The notes under the pieces were generated by a model. The model was not told the origin of the DNA, ran no database searches, and saw only the letters and a program-made list of their open reading frames with translations. The translations under genes and the position numbers were made by a program. Below are positions 7,308 through 15,377 of a stretch of 40,221 bases of DNA, one piece after another; the first letter of the stretch is position 1; every line of letters begins with the position of its first letter. Source of the stretch: an uncultured Methanosarcinales archaeon (GTDB lineage: Archaea; Nanobdellota; Nanobdellia; Woesearchaeales; DSVV01); assembly GCA_964590935.1 (NCBI GenBank), contig CAZPXC010000002.1, forward strand, positions 12,885 through 53,105, written 5' to 3'.

Positions 7308-7532
7308 ATGTGCTATGCAATACCTGCAAGGATAATCGAGCTGGACAGAGATACGGCAAAGGTTGATTACGGCGGCGTCATGAAGAGGATAAACATATCC
7401 CTGCTCAAGGGAAGCAGGAAAGACGACTATGTCCTTGTCCACGCCGGCTTTGCCATCGAGAAGCTGAGCAGGCGTTCTGCAGAGGATTCCCTTAAGATAA
7501 TAAGGAGTAATATGCCTAAGGATGGAAGATAG
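7308..7532 (+). CDS. hypC: hydrogenase maturation chaperone HypC/HupF
   Basis: 74 aa. The N-terminal MCYAIPARIIEL carries the essential Cys2 motif (MC[LIV][GA][LIV]P). DYVLVHAGFAIEKL is also present. It overlaps hypD by 11 nt. Confidence 0.88.
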   Translation: MCYAIPARIIELDRDTAKVDYGGVMKRINISLLKGSRKDDYVLVHAGFAIEKLSRRSAEDSLKIIRSNMPKDGR

Positions 7533-8556
7533 GCAACTGATCAGAAAACATGTTGAAAGCATCAGGAAGACCGCAGAACAGATTGGGAGACATATTACCA
7601 TCATGGAGATATGCGGCGGCCATACCAGGACCATCATCAGGTACGGTATAAGGCAGATGCTGCCCGGCAACATCAGGCTTATCTCGGGCCCGGGCTGCCC
7701 TGTATGCGTAAGCTCGCAGCACGACATCGACTGCATGGTCGAGATCGCAGGCAGCGGGGTCCCTGTCGCGACCTACGGCGACATGCTCAGGGTTCCAGGA
7801 AGCAGACAGAGCCTTGAAGATGTCAAGGCATCCGGAGGCAAAGTATTCGAGGTCTACTCTGCAACAGAGGTTATCGAACTGAAGGACAAGTATCCTGACA
7901 TCATATTCTTCGGCATAGGGTTTGAGACGACCGCCCCGATGACAGCATACCTCCTGGAGCATGGCATCACAGTCTATTCTGTGCATAAGCTCGTGCCTCC
8001 TGCAATGGAATCCCTGTCCAGGGGAAAAGCCGGGATAGATGGCTTCCTGGACCCGGGCCATGTTTCCGCGATAACAGGACCTGAGGTTTACAGCAAGATA
8101 AAGGTGCCGCAGGCGATCGCGGGCTTCACTCCGGAGAGGATCCTGCGGGCACTTTGCATCCTGCTTGAGCTGATAAGGGACAGAAGGCCAGTCGTGATAA
8201 ATGCATACCCTGAAGCTGTAAAGGATGGCGGCAACAAGGAGGCGCAGATGATGCTCAAGAAGCATTTCCTGGTATCCGACAGTGAGTGGCGCGGCCTTGG
8301 CTTCCTGCCGATGTCCGGGCTTGAGCCCCGAAACAGTAAACTGGACGCAAAGAAAAGATACAATGATCTGGTCAGGAATGTTCCCGCAGCAAAAAAAACA
8401 GCCTGCAGGTGCGGGGACGTATTGAAAGGCCTGATCGAGCCTGTCGAATGCCCCCTGTACAGTAAATCGTGCACGCCTGAAACACCCCAGGGAGCATGCA
8501 TGGTATCTGCAGAAGGAAGCTGCGCTATACATTACTCATTTCAGAAGCTTTCGTGA
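7522..8556 (+). CDS. hypD: hydrogenase maturation factor HypD
   Basis: 344 aa. Motifs present: MEICGGHT, GPGCPVCV, GFETTAP and the C-terminal Cys cluster CRCGDVLKG...CPLYSKSCTPETPQGACMVSAEGSCAIHY. Confidence 0.93.
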   Translation: MEDRQLIRKHVESIRKTAEQIGRHITIMEICGGHTRTIIRYGIRQMLPGNIRLISGPGCPVCVSSQHDIDCMVEIAGSGVPVATYGDMLRVPGSRQSLEDVKASGGKVFEVYSATEVIELKDKYPDIIFFGIGFETTAPMTAYLLEHGITVYSVHKLVPPAMESLSRGKAGIDGFLDPGHVSAITGPEVYSKIKVPQAIAGFTPERILRALCILLELIRDRRPVVINAYPEAVKDGGNKEAQMMLKKHFLVSDSEWRGLGFLPMSGLEPRNSKLDAKKRYNDLVRNVPAAKKTACRCGDVLKGLIEPVECPLYSKSCTPETPQGACMVSAEGSCAIHYSFQKLS

Positions 8557-8961
8557 CGCCTTTATATTTATAAAGAGGAAGGCATTTACTGCCAGGAACA
8601 TGAGCTGCAGGAAAACAAACCCCAGGAAGACATTCTCCCCGAATATCCTCTGGTGAAGAAAATCTGATATATCCCCAGCGACAAATGCAAGCAACACCAG
8701 GTTGATCAGGCTGTTGATGAAAAGGAACGCAGCAAGCGCCAGGCCAAGCCTGTAAGCAAACCTGCGCTTCCTCAGTATACCGTATCCGGCAACTATGCCT
8801 ATAAACACCAGCAGCAGTACCATGACAGTTGCCCACAGATGCTCCATGAAAAAGATCCCGAAGAGGACAAAATAAGGGTTTTTAAGATGGTCAAGCACCA
8901 GTACAATGTCTATGAAGAGAAGCAACACAGATGACTTAATTAAATTTGGCAGCTGTCTCAT
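8536..8961 (-). CDS. small integral membrane protein (about 4 TM helices), function unknown
   Basis: 141 aa with four hydrophobic segments. Its ATG overlaps the upstream gene's TGA (ATGA at 8958-8961), implying translational coupling. Confidence 0.6.
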   Translation of the reverse strand: MRQLPNLIKSSVLLLFIDIVLVLDHLKNPYFVLFGIFFMEHLWATVMVLLLVFIGIVAGYGILRKRRFAYRLGLALAAFLFINSLINLVLLAFVAGDISDFLHQRIFGENVFLGFVFLQLMFLAVNAFLFINIKASRKLLK

Positions 8962-9650
8962 GGTAAGCTGTAACGGTTCTTGTCCTTTTTGATCCTGCCT
9001 TCTTTGAGCAGCGCATCAAGGAAGACCAATACATGCTTCTCAGGCATGCCAGCGTTCGATGCCAGGGTCTTGACATCCTTGGTCCCATCCTTGAGCAGCA
9101 TCATGATTATGTTCCTGACCAGCGTTGCGCCGTTTTTCTTGACGACCTTGTTCTCGGCGCTGAGATTCTTGATGACCATGTCCACCTTGTGCAGTCTTCC
9201 CTGCAGGTCATTAAGAAAATCTGTGAACTCATGTGAACTGTAGACCAGGCTTTCGGGTTCCATTATCTCTACTGATGCTGGCATATAATCAAAGCAGAAC
9301 CAGACCAGCTCCTCTACGCCCTGCACCTCGAACTCAAGCTCTGAAAAAACGTTGAAGAGCTTGCTGCCTTTCTTTTTCTCTGCCTTGCTGGTGTAATCCT
9401 TAAGGACCGTTATGCCCTTGTGCTCCTCCTTGATCTTATCGACGTAAAGCTTTAGCGTATCCTCGATATGCTTTTTTGGGGCACCCATCATCTGTATTAT
9501 GGCCCTTACGACCACTTTTTGATCCTTGGTCATGATTGCATTAGAAATCATGACAGTCTTATATAATTTTCGAATGTTGTAGGTAAAGTTGTTAGGTTTT
9601 TTAATGTAGATTTCTTGAAGGTGTGATTGAAATTTTTTCATTAAGGACAT
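8958..9650 (-). CDS. hypothetical protein with a possible C-terminal winged-helix; N-terminus uncertain
   Basis: 230 aa. The C-terminal LASNAGMPEKHVLVFLDALLKEGRIKKDKNRYSL looks wHTH-like. The first ~13 codons (9611-9650) are 94% identical to the 5' arm of the intergenic repeat family, so the true start may be an internal Met (MISNAIMTKDQK). Confidence 0.55.
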   Translation of the reverse strand: MSLMKKFQSHLQEIYIKKPNNFTYNIRKLYKTVMISNAIMTKDQKVVVRAIIQMMGAPKKHIEDTLKLYVDKIKEEHKGITVLKDYTSKAEKKKGSKLFNVFSELEFEVQGVEELVWFCFDYMPASVEIMEPESLVYSSHEFTDFLNDLQGRLHKVDMVIKNLSAENKVVKKNGATLVRNIIMMLLKDGTKDVKTLASNAGMPEKHVLVFLDALLKEGRIKKDKNRYSLP

Positions 9651-9696
9651 ATTTAGAAAGCTGACTTAATAAAATGATAATAATGTTTTACCCGTT

Positions 9697-11511
9697 TCAA
9701 TGCCTCTTCCAGATGATGATACCGGCAAGGATGCAGCCAAGCGCAGCAAACAGGTACTTTATCCTGCCTTTTGACTTTTCACCGGATGATTCATAGACTG
9801 TCTGCGGCTGTGCTGTTGCATATGCTGTGATCTCATCTGCGATTCCAGTCATGGCCTGTCCCGAATCATTGGCCTGGACAGCCGGAATCTCCAAAGGGGC
9901 TGATGAATTGAACCCAACATCAAGCTTCTTCATATCGACGACTGTCCCATTATTGAGAAGGGCCAGAAAAAAAGTGTTATTGCCGTCTGCAACCGCAGCA
10001 TCAAAGCTTACCTTGCTGCTTGAATTGACTTGTTTCTGGATATTCTCACGTGATGACACCAGTAGGAGTTCGCTCCCGGATGCTGGCTCAACAGTTGCAA
10101 AGAGATTTATCCTTGGAGAATATTTCCTGCTCAGGGTATAAAAGCTCCTGATCCTGGGGTGCTCATCCCTGCGGCTCTGTACCGGGCAGTCGCCGCATTC
10201 TGTTGATGTCTCGCTGCAGCCCTGACACTCCTTGGCAGTGCCCGATATCCTTATGCTCATTCTATCCTCTTCACCGAGCCCTGTTGCGATGATAGTATAT
10301 TCTGTGTCATCATTATCATCACAATCTAGCTTTAGCGGTATTGTTACTGTGTTATCAGAATATCTGCTGCTCAGGGTTATCTTGCTCACCTCGCTTGCCT
10401 TTTTTCCGCTTTCGTCCTCAGCATATACCTGTACGACGGACTTGGCGGTGTTTCCACGGTAAGCATAGATCTTCAGCAATACTGTCTCGCCGGATTTTGC
10501 GCTGTTGTCTGTGCCAAGATAAATTTTTTCGATCCTGAGCTCTGAATCCTGCTTTTTTTCGTCAGTGTCCTCATCTCCGGTAGGGTTTTCATCACCCCTG
10601 ACAGCGACAAGCAGTGAGGAACTTGGCATATTTTCCATGGTGCAGTTTACATAGGCAAGCCTGGCCATTATTATATAAGCACCGGCACTTCTGTCAGCTG
10701 GCGGGGTCCATGATCTCATGTTGGTGTTTGTAGTATTGTATCTCTTCTTCACTATCCTGCCGTACAGGTCCTCGACCCAGTACTCGATCACAAAGCCGCG
10801 GGACGTGTCATTAAGGCTTATCCTGTAGCTTATCTTCTCATCCTGTCCATAGAGCTGTCTTGCCGATGAGATGCTGATGTTGATACTGCACGTATCATCA
10901 TGCGTCTGGTTTGCCGCGCTGGTGCTGTTTCCTGTACCATTATATATCACGCCGGCATTGCCTGATGCATTGGTATCATCCTGGACTGTGCTGCTGTTAG
11001 ATATATTTCCCAGACTAGCATGGCTTTCAGGGATGCTGTTCATGGCTCCGGGCGTGCCCCCTTCAACAGCAGACTCAAACCATGAGCCGTTGAAGTACTC
11101 AAGCGACCTGTTGTTGTTGTTTGCCATGCTGCCGTCATAGCTCATCGAATCGACAAGACTGCCGCTGGCATCATACAGCTTGACTTCGTCAAGATCATTG
11201 TTCAGGTTGTTGCCGATCGTTGCGCCGGCCGAGTAATATGATGCGCCGGAATTTTGATAGTCGTACCCGTCCTCCACAATAAGGGCATAGCTGGAATCGA
11301 CGAAATTCAGTGCCTTAAGCATGTCACCTGACTCTGAATCAGATATAGTCCAGTTTTCCAGGCTCTGGTTGTTTTCAAGGTAGACCTCGACAAACTCCCT
11401 GTTGTTATCATTCCCAGGGGGATTGTACATCACCTCGTTGATATGGACTGCCATGGCAGCCTGGGCGATGAGCAGAAAAACCATGGCTGCGGTCAAGATG
11501 CTTTTTTCCAT
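9697..11511 (-). CDS. surface protein: signal peptide, lamin-tail domain (LTD), sequon-rich region, C-terminal TM anchor
   Basis: 604 aa. INEVMYNPPGNDNNREFVEVYLENNQSLENWTISD...DEVKLYDASGSLVDSMSY is the LTD signature. The N-terminus is hydrophobic (LTAAMVFLLIAQAAMA) and the C-terminal helix is YLFAALGCILAGIIIWKRH. Confidence 0.8.
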   Translation of the reverse strand: MEKSILTAAMVFLLIAQAAMAVHINEVMYNPPGNDNNREFVEVYLENNQSLENWTISDSESGDMLKALNFVDSSYALIVEDGYDYQNSGASYYSAGATIGNNLNNDLDEVKLYDASGSLVDSMSYDGSMANNNNRSLEYFNGSWFESAVEGGTPGAMNSIPESHASLGNISNSSTVQDDTNASGNAGVIYNGTGNSTSAANQTHDDTCSINISISSARQLYGQDEKISYRISLNDTSRGFVIEYWVEDLYGRIVKKRYNTTNTNMRSWTPPADRSAGAYIIMARLAYVNCTMENMPSSSLLVAVRGDENPTGDEDTDEKKQDSELRIEKIYLGTDNSAKSGETVLLKIYAYRGNTAKSVVQVYAEDESGKKASEVSKITLSSRYSDNTVTIPLKLDCDDNDDTEYTIIATGLGEEDRMSIRISGTAKECQGCSETSTECGDCPVQSRRDEHPRIRSFYTLSRKYSPRINLFATVEPASGSELLLVSSRENIQKQVNSSSKVSFDAAVADGNNTFFLALLNNGTVVDMKKLDVGFNSSAPLEIPAVQANDSGQAMTGIADEITAYATAQPQTVYESSGEKSKGRIKYLFAALGCILAGIIIWKRH

Positions 11512-11678
11512 GATTCAGGGTCATATGGATATCTTAAAAAGCCTTTTCGTACAAAAACCGGAACATGGATTACCTCGACGGCATGTTTTCTGGGCAAAGC
11601 AGAAAAAGTCTGTCAAAAGGGAATCATTTCACCCTCTTTTTCTGGGGCTGGCGGAATAAGAAGATAAAAAATGGGCTG

Positions 11679-12731
11679 TCAGATAGCTTTCGCGCTGCTC
11701 CCTGACGTGTCCAGCTCGACCTCTGTGCTGCTAAAAGATATCTTGCCGCCTGTCAGCGCCTCTGCAGCCTTCTGGGTGTCAACAGGCGTATGACCGCCGA
11801 TAAACAGGATATCCCTCTTGTTCTGTATTATCAGCTTGATTATCGCCCTGTCCTCTTTTATGTAATCCTTGTCGCACTCAACACCCAGGTAGGTATCCCA
11901 GAGCTGGTTGTCGCAGGGGCCTCCAAGCGCTATTATATCGTTTGAGCTGAGCTTTGCAGGGCTTATAAGGCTAAGAAGGTCAGAATCTGCATCAATCCCG
12001 GCCACTTCAAGCTTTGTGATCATGCCTGTTGCAGTGACCACGTCGCGGCTTGTCGCCTTGTCTCCCACGACTATAAGCGTGCCGTCATGGAGAAAGCCAG
12101 GGTAGCGGACCAGGTCAACATCATCATTGCATTCGCAGTCCTCTTCGCAGCTTGAGCAGCTCTCGCTGACATCACATATTCCGTTGCCGCAGCATGGCAC
12201 TTGCCGCTTGGTCACGCAACTGTTGCTGTCATAGTCAAATAGAGACTTCTTGCATTTTTCATCTGTCGTGCATTCAGGGCAGTCCTCACTGCAGCTCTCA
12301 TAAGTCTCGTTCCTCTCGCACATGTCGTTGCCACAGCACGGGGAAACAGTCACATTTATGCATTTCTGCTTGTCATGATCAAACTCTGCTTTCTCGCATT
12401 TGCCGGCTGTGCATTCAGGGCAGTCTGCAGCGCAACTGCTGTGATTCTCATTCTCCTCACAGATATTGTTGCCGCAGCACGGCACTATAGTATCATGAGT
12501 ACAGGCAAATCCTGTGCTGTTTGAACAATAGTCTTCTGTGCATCTGTCATCATCATCGCATGATGCAGGGCACTGGCCAGCTGCCTGATCCTGTGCCTGT
12601 CCTGGTGTCGCCTGCGCCTCACTGAGATTCCCTTGAAGGGGTGTCTGGGTATCCTGCACAGCCTCATCACAGCCATAAAGAAAGATCATGAGCAGTATAA
12701 TAAACAAAAACCATCTCGTTGCAGTCATCAT
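11679..12731 (-). CDS. secreted Cys-rich repeat protein (PCCGNxxCE repeats) with a C-terminal S-layer-like domain
   Basis: 350 aa. The signal ends in LYGC (lipobox-like). Three ~45-aa repeats of the form CPECT..KC...FD.D...C......PCCGN.ICE..E..SC..DC. The C-terminal TLIVVGDKATSRDVVTATGM...IIALGGPCDN resembles archaeal S-layer domain motifs; that part is a weak call. Confidence 0.65.
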   Translation of the reverse strand: MMTATRWFLFIILLMIFLYGCDEAVQDTQTPLQGNLSEAQATPGQAQDQAAGQCPASCDDDDRCTEDYCSNSTGFACTHDTIVPCCGNNICEENENHSSCAADCPECTAGKCEKAEFDHDKQKCINVTVSPCCGNDMCERNETYESCSEDCPECTTDEKCKKSLFDYDSNSCVTKRQVPCCGNGICDVSESCSSCEEDCECNDDVDLVRYPGFLHDGTLIVVGDKATSRDVVTATGMITKLEVAGIDADSDLLSLISPAKLSSNDIIALGGPCDNQLWDTYLGVECDKDYIKEDRAIIKLIIQNKRDILFIGGHTPVDTQKAAEALTGGKISFSSTEVELDTSGSSAKAI

Positions 12732-12750
12732 TGCACCTCTTTATCTAAAT

Positions 12751-13209
12751 CTAGTTTAAACCAAGCACAGGTCTCTTGAACTCGCCGACGAAAAGTTTCT
12801 CATGCACAGCGATAAAGCTATCGAACACCTGCGGTATTTCGTTTACCTTATGGCACAGGACAGGCTCATCATTAGGCAGTTTTCCATTGATAAAGTAACC
12901 CAGGGTATCATTGTATATGGAACTGCTCTGGTTTTCATAAGGCCGAAGCTGCCATGCCGGATGGTCCGTTGTCATCCTGTAAGTGCCGACAGGTGAATAT
13001 ATTACATAGGCATCTTCCTTGTCAACATGATAGATAAAGAAGCTGCTGACGTAATAGTCTGTGCCTGAAAAGTCGCATAAGTAAGATGTGGGGTTGCTCT
13101 GCACTGAAAAGTTCTCCTGCTGATATGATACCGGCTCTTTGTCCTTATGGCATGCAAACACCAACAGTAGTACAGACATCAGCACGATTATCTTGGTTAT
13201 GGTTCTCAT
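12751..13209 (-). CDS. putative secreted lipoprotein, function unknown
   Basis: 152 aa. MRTITKIIVLMSVLLLVFAC is a signal peptide with a lipobox-like VFAC. It is the first gene of the minus-strand surface-protein operon. Confidence 0.6.
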   Translation of the reverse strand: MRTITKIIVLMSVLLLVFACHKDKEPVSYQQENFSVQSNPTSYLCDFSGTDYYVSSFFIYHVDKEDAYVIYSPVGTYRMTTDHPAWQLRPYENQSSSIYNDTLGYFINGKLPNDEPVLCHKVNEIPQVFDSFIAVHEKLFVGEFKRPVLGLN

Positions 13210-13264
13210 ATACCTGTAGAAATAAACCGGCCATATAAATATGTTTGCGTTTATCGGGATTTTA

Positions 13265-13308
13265 AAGGGCCTGCCGGTATCGATGCTAACCTGGTTTTAG
13301 GATGAAGC
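13265..13308. repeat. solo half-copy of the 5884-6046 MITE-like element
   Basis: aagggcctgccggtatcgatgctaacctggttttaggatgaagc matches 6003-6046 at 36 of 44 positions without gaps. No partner arm is nearby. Confidence 0.55.
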
Positions 13309-13324
13309 CCGGTCATTGGCAAAA

Positions 13325-13336
13325 CTTTTAAATAAA
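13325..13336 (+). promoter_or_regulatory. TATA box for leaderless speB
   Basis: CTTTTAAATAAA ends 21 nt before ATG 13358. Confidence 0.4.
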
Positions 13337-13357
13337 CATCCGGTTTCTTGCCCCCTT

Positions 13358-14245
13358 ATGCTGAAATACAATGAAAGAGTGCCAGCAACCTTCATGGGAT
13401 ACGAGAACCCGGATATGGATGATGCGGATGTAGTTGTCCTGCCTATCCCTTACGAGGGGACTGTCTCGTACAAGGGCGGCACAAGGTTCGGCCCTAGGCT
13501 TATCATCAGGGCTTCTGGCCAGACCGAGACATTCGATTCTGAGCTTAAGAAGGAGATAATAGAGCATATTAAGATATATACAGCCAGGGAGATGGAGTCA
13601 AACCTGAGTTCGCCTGAAAACATGGCTAAAGATATCTACAAGGCAGCAAAACAGGTCCTTGCGATGGATAAGTTCATGGTCGCTCTCGGCGGCGAGCATT
13701 CCATATCATACGGCATAGCAAAGGCTGCTTCTGAAAAATACAGGAAACTTACTGTGCTGCAGATCGATGCGCATACAGACCTCCGCGACAGATATGAAGG
13801 CACCAGGTTCAACCATGCATGCGTGATGCGAAGGATAAGGGAGCTTGGTATAAACACAGTGCAGGTAGGCATAAGGTCGCTTAGCCTGGAGGAGCATGAA
13901 TATATCGATAAAAACAAGGTCAAGAACATCTTCTGGGCGCCGTTTACAAGAGCACAGATCAGCAGCATAATCGATGCATGCACTGAAAACGTATACCTGA
14001 CAATAGATGCAGACGGCTTTGACCCGGGCGTCATCCCGGCAACAGGAACGCCTGTACCTGGCGGGCTCGGATGGTATGAGTCGCTTGAGCTGCTCAGGGC
14101 CCTGTTCAGGAAAAAGAATGTCATCGGCCTTGACTTTGTCGAGCTTGCATCAAAAGGCGGGGAACAGGACACGCGCTCAGAGGATGCAGCCGCAACACTG
14201 GTATACAGGCTTATCGGCTATAAGTTTCTCAGTGGAAAAAGATGA
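13358..14245 (+). CDS. speB: agmatinase (arginase/ureohydrolase family)
   Basis: Metal-site motifs LGGEHSISYG, QIDAHTDLRD and LTIDADGFDPGVIPATGTPVPGGL are present. The ORF track starts at TTG 13316. I prefer ATG 13358 (MLKYNERVPATFMGYE) because of the TATA spacing. Confidence 0.88.
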   Translation: MLKYNERVPATFMGYENPDMDDADVVVLPIPYEGTVSYKGGTRFGPRLIIRASGQTETFDSELKKEIIEHIKIYTAREMESNLSSPENMAKDIYKAAKQVLAMDKFMVALGGEHSISYGIAKAASEKYRKLTVLQIDAHTDLRDRYEGTRFNHACVMRRIRELGINTVQVGIRSLSLEEHEYIDKNKVKNIFWAPFTRAQISSIIDACTENVYLTIDADGFDPGVIPATGTPVPGGLGWYESLELLRALFRKKNVIGLDFVELASKGGEQDTRSEDAAATLVYRLIGYKFLSGKR

Positions 14246-15339
14246 AAAAAGGCAACCCATACATGCAGGGGGACACGATAGAGCCCCTCCCTATAGAAAA
14301 AGGCAGCAGTGTCATGGAATTTGTCGATAACGTGTTCTCAAGATCAGGCTACAATGCGCGCAGGCTGGGCGAGGCATGCGGGCTTTACAGGAGGATGCTG
14401 GACGAGGATGTTACAGTCTGCCTGACACTTGCCGGCGCCATGACCCCAATAGGCATGTCCGGGCCGATAATAAGACTTATCGAGAGCGGCTTTGTCGACT
14501 GGATAATAAGCACAGGCGCAAACCTCTACCATGACATCCACAGGAGCTTTAACTACCCCATGGTCCAGGGCGACTTCAGAGCAGACGACAACATGCTTTA
14601 CGAGAAGGGCGTCGCCAGGATATATGACGTGTTCATAGAAGAGGAGGACACGCTCATGGCGACAGACAGGATAATCATAAAGGCGTTAATGAAGCATAAG
14701 TTTGCGCCCAAGTTTTCAACAGCAGACCTTCATCATGTGCTTGGAAAGGAGATACTGAGGATAGCGCCGCATCCTGAGAAATCATTGCTTGCAGCCGCTG
14801 CAAAGCACAATGTGCCTGTCTACTGCTCCTCGCCGGGTGATTCATCCATAGGCATGAACCTTACCATCCCGTTTATCTTCGGCAATGATGTCGATGTGAG
14901 CACGACACTGGATATACTCGAGACATCTGCATTGGTCAAGCACAGCAGCAAGAACGGCGCCATCGAGGTCGGCGGCGGCTCTCCCAAGAATTTCTTCATG
15001 CAGACCCAGCCGACTCTGTGGCAGATACTCGACCAGGACCAGGGTGGGCATGACTATTTCATCCAGCTCACCACAGATTCGCCGCACTGGGGCGGGCTTT
15101 CAGGCGCGACGCCGCAGGAAGCAAAATCATGGGGAAAGGTGAAAAAGGCGGATATCAACAACGTGGTCGTCTACTCGTGCGCATCGATAACATTTCCCAT
15201 CCTTGCCCAGTATGCCGTGGATACATGCTCTGCAAAAAAGACGAAGCAGCTCTATCTCAGGAAAAAGGGATTTACAGACGAGCTCATAAAAAACAGCAGG
15301 AAGATCAAAGGCAAGGTGTTTAAAGAGCTAAGCGGTTAA
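14242..15339 (+). CDS. dys: deoxyhypusine synthase
   Basis: 365 aa. Contains GYNARRLGEA, TLAGAMTPIGM, ISTGANLYHD, GGGSPKNF and QEAKSWGKV (catalytic Lys context). It overlaps the speB stop by 4 nt. Confidence 0.93.
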   Translation: MKKGNPYMQGDTIEPLPIEKGSSVMEFVDNVFSRSGYNARRLGEACGLYRRMLDEDVTVCLTLAGAMTPIGMSGPIIRLIESGFVDWIISTGANLYHDIHRSFNYPMVQGDFRADDNMLYEKGVARIYDVFIEEEDTLMATDRIIIKALMKHKFAPKFSTADLHHVLGKEILRIAPHPEKSLLAAAAKHNVPVYCSSPGDSSIGMNLTIPFIFGNDVDVSTTLDILETSALVKHSSKNGAIEVGGGSPKNFFMQTQPTLWQILDQDQGGHDYFIQLTTDSPHWGGLSGATPQEAKSWGKVKKADINNVVVYSCASITFPILAQYAVDTCSAKKTKQLYLRKKGFTDELIKNSRKIKGKVFKELSG

Positions 15340-15377
15340 GTTTATGTATTTGTTTGGTATTAAGTATGATGTACCCT

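Noticed and set aside
7516-8532. 338-aa minus-strand ORF antisense to hypD, plus smaller ones at 7287-7736 and 8088-8501.
   Set aside because: hypD has unambiguous family motifs on the plus strand. The antisense frames are Arg/Cys/Pro-rich shadow ORFs.
13636-14172. 178-aa minus-strand ORF inside speB.
   Set aside because: Shadow ORF opposite a gene with clear agmatinase metal-site motifs.
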